Of a stretch of DNA of 40,748 nt, positions 35,697-40,748 are shown one piece after another. The translations under genes and the position numbers were made by a program. Below the pieces are notes generated by a model. That model did no database searches. It saw nothing but the letters and a program-made list of their open reading frames with translations, and was not told where the DNA came from. Each line of letters starts with the position of its first letter. The first letter of the stretch is position 1. The DNA lies in assembly GCA_001772665.1 (NCBI GenBank), contig MEVH01000014.1, forward strand, positions 1 through 40,748, read 5' to 3'. Source of the stretch: a candidate division WWE3 bacterium RIFCSPLOWO2_01_FULL_39_13. GTDB taxonomy: Bacteria > Patescibacteriota > WWE3 > 2-01-FULL-39-13.

Positions 35697-36571
35697 TATT
35701 TTTCAAGCAGGTGCCAAAAGTATTTTAGTTTACCGGCTTTCATAAGTTCGTGTAGCGCAACACAGGACTTTCTGCTTTCGGTTATAACGGGGGGTACCGT
35801 TTGCTCTTCTTGAAGTCTTTTTGCTGAATTTTCACCCATTCTTCTTGCAGATGGAAAAGTTTGCCTTGTAATATCAAGTGATAGTAATGGCACTCCGAAA
35901 CATGTAGCTTGAAGCATTGCTCGAAACTCATCTAATGTTCTAAATTCAGATATGAACCATCCGCGGTGCATATTATCCAGATGTTTCGCTTCATCTGTTG
36001 TTAAAGGCAGGTCATTTAAAACAACGTCAGCAACAAACAATTTGCCACCTTTTTTTAATACGCGGTAAGCTCCTTGAATTGATTTTGCCTGGTCTGTGGA
36101 ATGACAGAGGCTTTCGCAGAATATAACTATGTTAAAAGAGTTGTCAGGGAAGCATGGCTGGTTGTAATCTCCCAGTATGTACCATAAATTGCTAAGACCA
36201 CTGGAAACTCTATATTTATTTGCCGTTGACGCCTGCGAAGGTGTGATATTAGTGCCGATTACGAGGGAATTCGGATATGCAGTTGCTATTTGGTAGGAAA
36301 TGCTACCGACCCCGCATCCGTTTTCTAAAATAGCCGTGCTTGCTTTCGGGTCTATGTCTAGTAAAGATATGATCTTTTTCGTCATTAGTGTTACTGATTC
36401 AAACTGGTCAATTTCATTACCGTCTGGATGATATCCTGAATGTAGTGCGTACGGTGCGGTATAACCTTTCGGGGCTTGAGTCCAATTTCTATATGCTTTA
36501 TCTGCAAGAGTAAAGTATTCCTGAACACCGTCGGTCACTTCACTCGGAGGGAGAGGAGATAAATTAATCAT
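35696..36571 (-). CDS. class I SAM-dependent methyltransferase
   Basis: 291-aa ORF with motif I ILENGCGVGS. Its stop overlaps the GT start by 1 nt (TAATG). Confidence 0.8.
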   Translation of the reverse strand: MINLSPLPPSEVTDGVQEYFTLADKAYRNWTQAPKGYTAPYALHSGYHPDGNEIDQFESVTLMTKKIISLLDIDPKASTAILENGCGVGSISYQIATAYPNSLVIGTNITPSQASTANKYRVSSGLSNLWYILGDYNQPCFPDNSFNIVIFCESLCHSTDQAKSIQGAYRVLKKGGKLFVADVVLNDLPLTTDEAKHLDNMHRGWFISEFRTLDEFRAMLQATCFGVPLLSLDITRQTFPSARRMGENSAKRLQEEQTVPPVITESRKSCVALHELMKAGKLKYFWHLLEK

Positions 36572-36637
36572 AGTAATTCTGCGAAATGATGTATACTTTC
36601 TCTACATAAAAGCTTATAGTATGCCTGCGAGTATTAT

Positions 36638-37672
36638 ATGTTGGAGCTCCTTGGTAAGCAAATCGAAGACAGAATTAAATATCCAGCTGTTAAAGATGTA
36701 TACCTGGAGTGGGAAAAAAGAGGACTATTAGAAGAAAGCTTATCGTTCCTTGGAACTTTACCCGAAAATGATGCAGAAGTTGTGGCACACAGTCTCGTTG
36801 CGCATGTTCATAGGGAGAAAAGCTTATTTATGGATCTGGTAGGTGATAATCTTGGTATTGAAGAAGACGTTCGAAAGCCAGTTGCAGTCTCTTCGGATAT
36901 ACTCTGGGCTTTATCTCTTATGATTGATGATATTGAAGATCAAGATTCCGTTAGAGGAAATCTGCCGTCCTGTTGGGCGAAATATGGGAAAGGTGAAACA
37001 ATAGGTGCAGCATTTTCTACATTAGGGTCACTAACGCGATATTTAGCTGACAGATCCCAAAATAAGCATATTCGTTCTGCCTGCATGCACTATGTTGCCT
37101 TAGGGTTAAGATCAATAACCGAGCATAAATATATGGATTTAGATACTCCTATAGGAGTTATCGTCAGCAACTACGAAAACAGATGTGATTTTCATGCGAC
37201 CCTACAGATAGCTGTTTTTCATGACCTGATTTTAAAAGGGAGATATCCTGACTTAAGAGATAAAACTATTGCAGGTTTTCGCTGTATAAACCGGGCAGGG
37301 CAGTTAATTAATGACTTGAAAGATATTGCCCAAGGAGATATCTATGAAAGGGGTTTTAGCGATATAAGAAATGGTGTTCCCACTGTTCCTTTAATTTACT
37401 TGTATAGGAATCTCAATACTTGGCAAACGAGAGCTTTTTTGAATATGTTTGGAAAAGGTTACGTTAATACTGAAGAAAGGCAGCTATTAAATTCTATGGT
37501 GTCGGACAGTAAAGTTATTGAAAGGACAATGGCGCGCATAGGTGATGAATATGAAAAAGGATTGGAGTTTTTGTCAGTAGTAATAGATGACCCGAGTCTT
37601 TTGTGGTTTGAACGATGGGTTGGGTATAAAAAGTCAAGTTTTTTGGTCCAGCTAAGTTCGATTGATAAATGA
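36638..37672 (+). CDS. polyprenyl-diphosphate-synthase-like protein (isoprenoid synthase fold)
   Basis: 344-aa ORF. The first Asp-rich motif LMIDDIEDQDSVRG is present. The second is replaced by INDLKDIAQGD (NDxxD). Confidence 0.6.
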   Translation: MLELLGKQIEDRIKYPAVKDVYLEWEKRGLLEESLSFLGTLPENDAEVVAHSLVAHVHREKSLFMDLVGDNLGIEEDVRKPVAVSSDILWALSLMIDDIEDQDSVRGNLPSCWAKYGKGETIGAAFSTLGSLTRYLADRSQNKHIRSACMHYVALGLRSITEHKYMDLDTPIGVIVSNYENRCDFHATLQIAVFHDLILKGRYPDLRDKTIAGFRCINRAGQLINDLKDIAQGDIYERGFSDIRNGVPTVPLIYLYRNLNTWQTRAFLNMFGKGYVNTEERQLLNSMVSDSKVIERTMARIGDEYEKGLEFLSVVIDDPSLLWFERWVGYKKSSFLVQLSSIDK

Positions 37673-38856
37673 GACTAGCTTTACTTTTTCATATAAATAT
37701 TAATCATTTGTCCTTGAGCCCAAGAGAACGCAGCACATATATAGAGTCTGATTTGATAGAGATCTTAAAGGCGATGAGTTTTTGCGTAAATGTATCTATT
37801 TGTACAGAAGATTTATTTATACTAAAGTCCTGGAATCGTGACACTTTCGATTCGCTGGTAAATCATGATTACGTTAAATTCTTGTTAGCTCCACATACAC
37901 ATATATTGCCGATACTATTCCCAGAGAATTATTTGGAGAATGTTTCTTTGGGCAAGATGTTATTAAACCGGCTTGTAAATAAAAGTAAAATTATCAATGT
38001 GGGATATCCTGTAGAGGTTGAGCTGCCGGAGTCTCAAATTAATGATTTATACGGAATTTGGAAGGGTATAGTGCTTGGGGAAACACGGTTAAAAATTGCA
38101 GGTTTAGAGCAAAAAAATTATCCGCCTGTATTTGGCGTACAACAAAATGGAAAGATAATTCGATGTTATTTATCAAGGCGAGAGTTTAATTACAGAAAAT
38201 ACTTACATTTGTATCTCTTGGATAAAAGCACCAAGAAAGAAGTATACGAGGCTGTAAAATCAGATTTTGACGCATATGCCAGTGATCTTTATCTCCTTGC
38301 GAGGATTGATATGGAGGTGTTTTCTTTTAATAAAACTATTCATGGAGGTTCCATTAAGAAAATGGCTGAAAAAGTCAGGATTCTGTATGAATATTTTCTT
38401 AGAAATGGAGTTGAATTTATCCATTTAGATGAATTGGTACCCAGCGATAAAAACTCGCAGTGTCTTTCAAAATACCAGATTAGTTGCAATACGCAAGAAG
38501 ATAATAAATGGGGTAGTCAGGCATTGCAAGATCAGGTAAAAATCCGACTCAATACGCAATCTGTATGCTCTACATGCAGGTATCTGCATCTGTTAAGTTT
38601 GATGTGTTCTGATTACTATTGCACAGAGTCAAAAGATATTGTTCTTACGGGGGAGTCTTTGGCTAGACAGAAAGTTATAATTGTCAAAGATAGAAGATAT
38701 AGAGATCCCGAGTCTAGTGTAAAATTACAATTAGTAGGATCTGAAAATTCTCAGGAAAATAACAGAATAATAAAAAGAATAAAGGATTCGGATATTAAAA
38801 AGTATTTTATACATTACTTAAAGGCTGTAAATGAGGTCGAGAAAATATTAAGATGA
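37669..38856 (+). CDS. hypothetical protein, weak GH57-like resemblance
   Basis: 395-aa ORF with a 4-nt overlap to its neighbours on both sides. LLAPHTHILPILFPE resembles the HxILP motif of GH57-type glycoside hydrolases. Low confidence. Confidence 0.4.
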   Translation: MRLALLFHININHLSLSPRERSTYIESDLIEILKAMSFCVNVSICTEDLFILKSWNRDTFDSLVNHDYVKFLLAPHTHILPILFPENYLENVSLGKMLLNRLVNKSKIINVGYPVEVELPESQINDLYGIWKGIVLGETRLKIAGLEQKNYPPVFGVQQNGKIIRCYLSRREFNYRKYLHLYLLDKSTKKEVYEAVKSDFDAYASDLYLLARIDMEVFSFNKTIHGGSIKKMAEKVRILYEYFLRNGVEFIHLDELVPSDKNSQCLSKYQISCNTQEDNKWGSQALQDQVKIRLNTQSVCSTCRYLHLLSLMCSDYYCTESKDIVLTGESLARQKVIIVKDRRYRDPESSVKLQLVGSENSQENNRIIKRIKDSDIKKYFIHYLKAVNEVEKILR

Positions 38857-39365
38857 AAGTAACTGGTGTACATGTTTTACTTATAAATTCAGATAACAAG
38901 TTTTTACTCACTCAAAGGAAGGATGTTCCCTTATGGGTAATTCCAGGTGGGACGGTTGAGAAAAATGAAGATCCCAAAAAAGCCTGTGAAAGGGAGCTTT
39001 TCGAAGAGACACGGGTAAAGGCAGGTAGGCTCATTTTAGCTGCGAAGTACAAAGTGAACAATGGAGTCTATAAAAATTTGTATATTATGCGTGTGCCTGA
39101 ATTTAATATAGATGTTTTTATAGATAAAAAAGAAGTTAAAAGTTATGGATGGTTTACAATCGAAAATCTTCCAAGTCCGATGAGTCTTTATGAGATTTCC
39201 AGGGTTTATGATGCAGTAAACTTTAAAGGCAAGATGATAGAACGAGCTCTAAGCGTAAATATAAAGAAGGAGTTTTTAAACCAGCTGAAAAATCCGTTTA
39301 TATTTCTTTTATTGCTTGCAAGCTTTGTGATAAACAGGCTTACGAACAAAAGCTTTAAATTATAG
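38853..39365 (+). CDS. Nudix hydrolase with C-terminal hydrophobic tail
   Basis: 170-aa ORF with Nudix box GGTVEKNEDPKKACERELFEETRV and a C-terminal FIFLLLLASFVI hydrophobic segment. Confidence 0.85.
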   Translation: MKVTGVHVLLINSDNKFLLTQRKDVPLWVIPGGTVEKNEDPKKACERELFEETRVKAGRLILAAKYKVNNGVYKNLYIMRVPEFNIDVFIDKKEVKSYGWFTIENLPSPMSLYEISRVYDAVNFKGKMIERALSVNIKKEFLNQLKNPFIFLLLLASFVINRLTNKSFKL

Positions 39366-39372
39366 AGAGTTT

Positions 39373-40311
39373 TTATACATGCTGAAGCATCTCAAGTTCG
39401 ACCCTGCTGATCTCAAACTCAACCTCTCTGTTTCGAAATGCGTCCTTTAGGCGGAGCCAGGAAGAACTATTAACCGATTCTGCTATTGCATCGAACTGCT
39501 TTATCCAGTCATAGTGCAGGTTTTCGTCACTTAAAGACAAGTTCTGAAGTGCGGTATTTATTAAGATCCTTTTCTGCTCTGGTTCAGAACTTTCAAATAA
39601 CTCTCTCGCCCTTGAGGCAAGGTTAAGCACGTAATTTGCGTTGATATAATAGGTTTCGTCGGCTTCACGGGTATTAGACATCTTCCGCTCAAGTATTTCC
39701 TGTTTTGCCCGATACTCTTTTCGTTTTTCTTCATAGAAGCTCTTAGTAATACTACCGTCGAGCATGTCTTCGTACATCCTTTCAATTCTTATTTCGTATT
39801 TTTGGTATTCGGTTTGGTATCTTTCGTGTAAATCCTTCTGAAAATGCTTTTTATCTTCGTGAGATTCTTTTAATGATTGTGTTATTTCTTCTGCTACCGC
39901 TTGAGGCACTTTAATCTGACTGAATATGTCCATAAACTGTTGGGTAAGTTTGTCTTCTGTGTACCATCTCGCCTCGTGTTTACCTTGATACTGTGTGCAG
40001 TGGTAATAGACATATTGTCCCTTTTTCTTTTCTGGTGTGATCATACAGCCACATATGGCACATTTTATTAGACCTCTGTACAAATAGGGGAGTCTGGCAT
40101 ATTTGAATTTCTTCTTATTGTGTCCGGCCTTTACTTCCTGAACTGCATCAAAAAACTCCTTTAAAATGACTCTATCGTACTTGTGCGGGTGCAATTGCCC
40201 ATCGTACAGCATTATTCCGTGATAGAACGGGTTTTTGAGAATTTGATCTACTTTGCTTTTGGTGCATTTCAGGTTGAAGACCTCGACAAGCTTATTTCTG
40301 ATCTCTAGCAT
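39373..40311 (-). pseudogene. large serine recombinase, N-terminally truncated paralogue of 25302-26792
   Basis: 312 aa, roughly 85-90% identical by eye to residues ~185-480 of the 25302 copy. The catalytic domain is missing. Homology to the full-length gene stops at 40327, where the IS200/IS605-like end begins. Confidence 0.85.
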
Positions 40312-40327
40312 CGAGTAGCTTTTAGTC

Positions 40328-40748
40328 TGCCGTTAAACCCTCCAGCTTCAGCTGGAGGATGGATAGGCGGTACAGACGACCGGTAGGGTACAATAAAAGG
40401 TGTGAGGTTTCAGAAAAGTACACATGCAGTGTATCGTTTGCAATACCATGTCGTCTGGACTCCTCGATATCGTCGGGAGATATTTGTAGAGGGAGTCAAA
40501 CAGTACCTCGAGAAGGTATTACAGCATATTGATATGTTGGACGATGATATCGAGGTACAACAAGTCAATGTTCAAATAGATCATGTACATCTGGTGATGG
40601 TGATACCGCCACGAATTGCCATAGCCGAAGTAGTGCAGTTCATGAAATCACGAACGGGAAATGTTAAATATACTTTTAAAATGTGCGTAGTTAGAAAATA
40701 ATTTTGTGCAATCATTGATCTTGGAAATATTTCTCCGGATTGGAGGTG
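40328..40748 (+). mobile_element. IS200/IS605-family element remnant (left end plus truncated tnpA), runs to window edge
   Basis: Subterminal hairpin CCTCCAGC-TTCA-GCTGGAGG (40339-40358) upstream of a Y1/HUH transposase ORF. It interrupts the recombinase gene. Confidence 0.65.
40402..40701 (+). pseudogene. tnpA: IS200/IS605 TnpA (HUH/Y1 transposase), 3'-truncated
   Basis: STHAVYRLQYHVVWTPRYRREIF and the HUH motif DHVHLVMVIPP are present. After ...FMKSRTG the sequence diverges and stops. The C-terminal helix with the catalytic Tyr is missing. Confidence 0.75.

Noticed and set aside
39376-39462. Possible tRNA gene or tRNA 3' remnant left of the 39373 recombinase (TTCGAA ... GGCGGAGCCA)
   Set aside because: Only the last ~12 nt match the tRNA-Asn acceptor/CCA end, and a TTCGAA hexamer lies at the wrong spacing. 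No T stem, anticodon arm or 5' acceptor strand can be folded. I treat it as a core or pseudo-att similarity, not as a tRNA.
1-40748. CRISPR arrays, rRNA genes, additional tRNAs
   Set aside because: No regularly spaced direct repeats and no rRNA-like sequence were seen on reading the window. Only one foldable tRNA was found (8069-8143). A computational scan should confirm this.

Overview
Low-GC bacterial window, about one third G+C in the lines I hand-counted. The many orphan ORFs fit an uncultivated small-genome lineage, but that is inference only. Positions 1-8.1 kb are a housekeeping block: two small unknown ORFs, pyrG, two unknown ORFs, dnaG-rpoD, a vapBC-like PIN toxin-antitoxin pair and tRNA-Asn(GTT). 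From the tRNA to the window end (8.1-40.7 kb) is a mosaic of mobile and accessory DNA. (i) A large serine recombinase has its last 12 codons antisense to the tRNA-Asn 3' end, followed by small MGE-type ORFs and two inverted IS200/IS605-like hairpin mini-elements. (ii) A compositionally foreign GC-rich gene encodes a Trp-rich secreted protein. (iii) A dead copy of a glycosyltransferase 3' end forms a 359-bp direct repeat with the live gene 20.3 kb away. (iv) A recombinase fragment and orphan ORFs lie next to it. (v) A type I R-M operon (hsdR-hsdM-hsdS) carries two appended genes, a 2-TM protein and an HNH-like protein. (vi) A tightly overlapping minus-strand MGE operon runs SpoVG-like, gpII/CRI-like Rep, excisionase-type HTH, a type IIG R-M enzyme split by one in-frame TAG, then a large serine recombinase. 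(vii) A PD-(D/E)xK-like ORF is paired with a Panacea (DUF4065) ORF. (viii) A glycosyltransferase / methyltransferase / prenyl-synthase-like / GH57-like / Nudix cluster follows. (ix) A third recombinase paralogue is truncated by an IS200/IS605 remnant. The most unusual item is absent from the ORF track: two copies of a GC-rich mini-cassette (promoter, SD, 33-35-aa cysteine-rich peptide, terminator) at 17.6 kb and 34.1 kb. Their substitution pattern supports translation. All recombinase 3' ends break at a shared GAGCCAG core that matches the tRNA-Asn CCA end. No CRISPR array or rRNA was seen.
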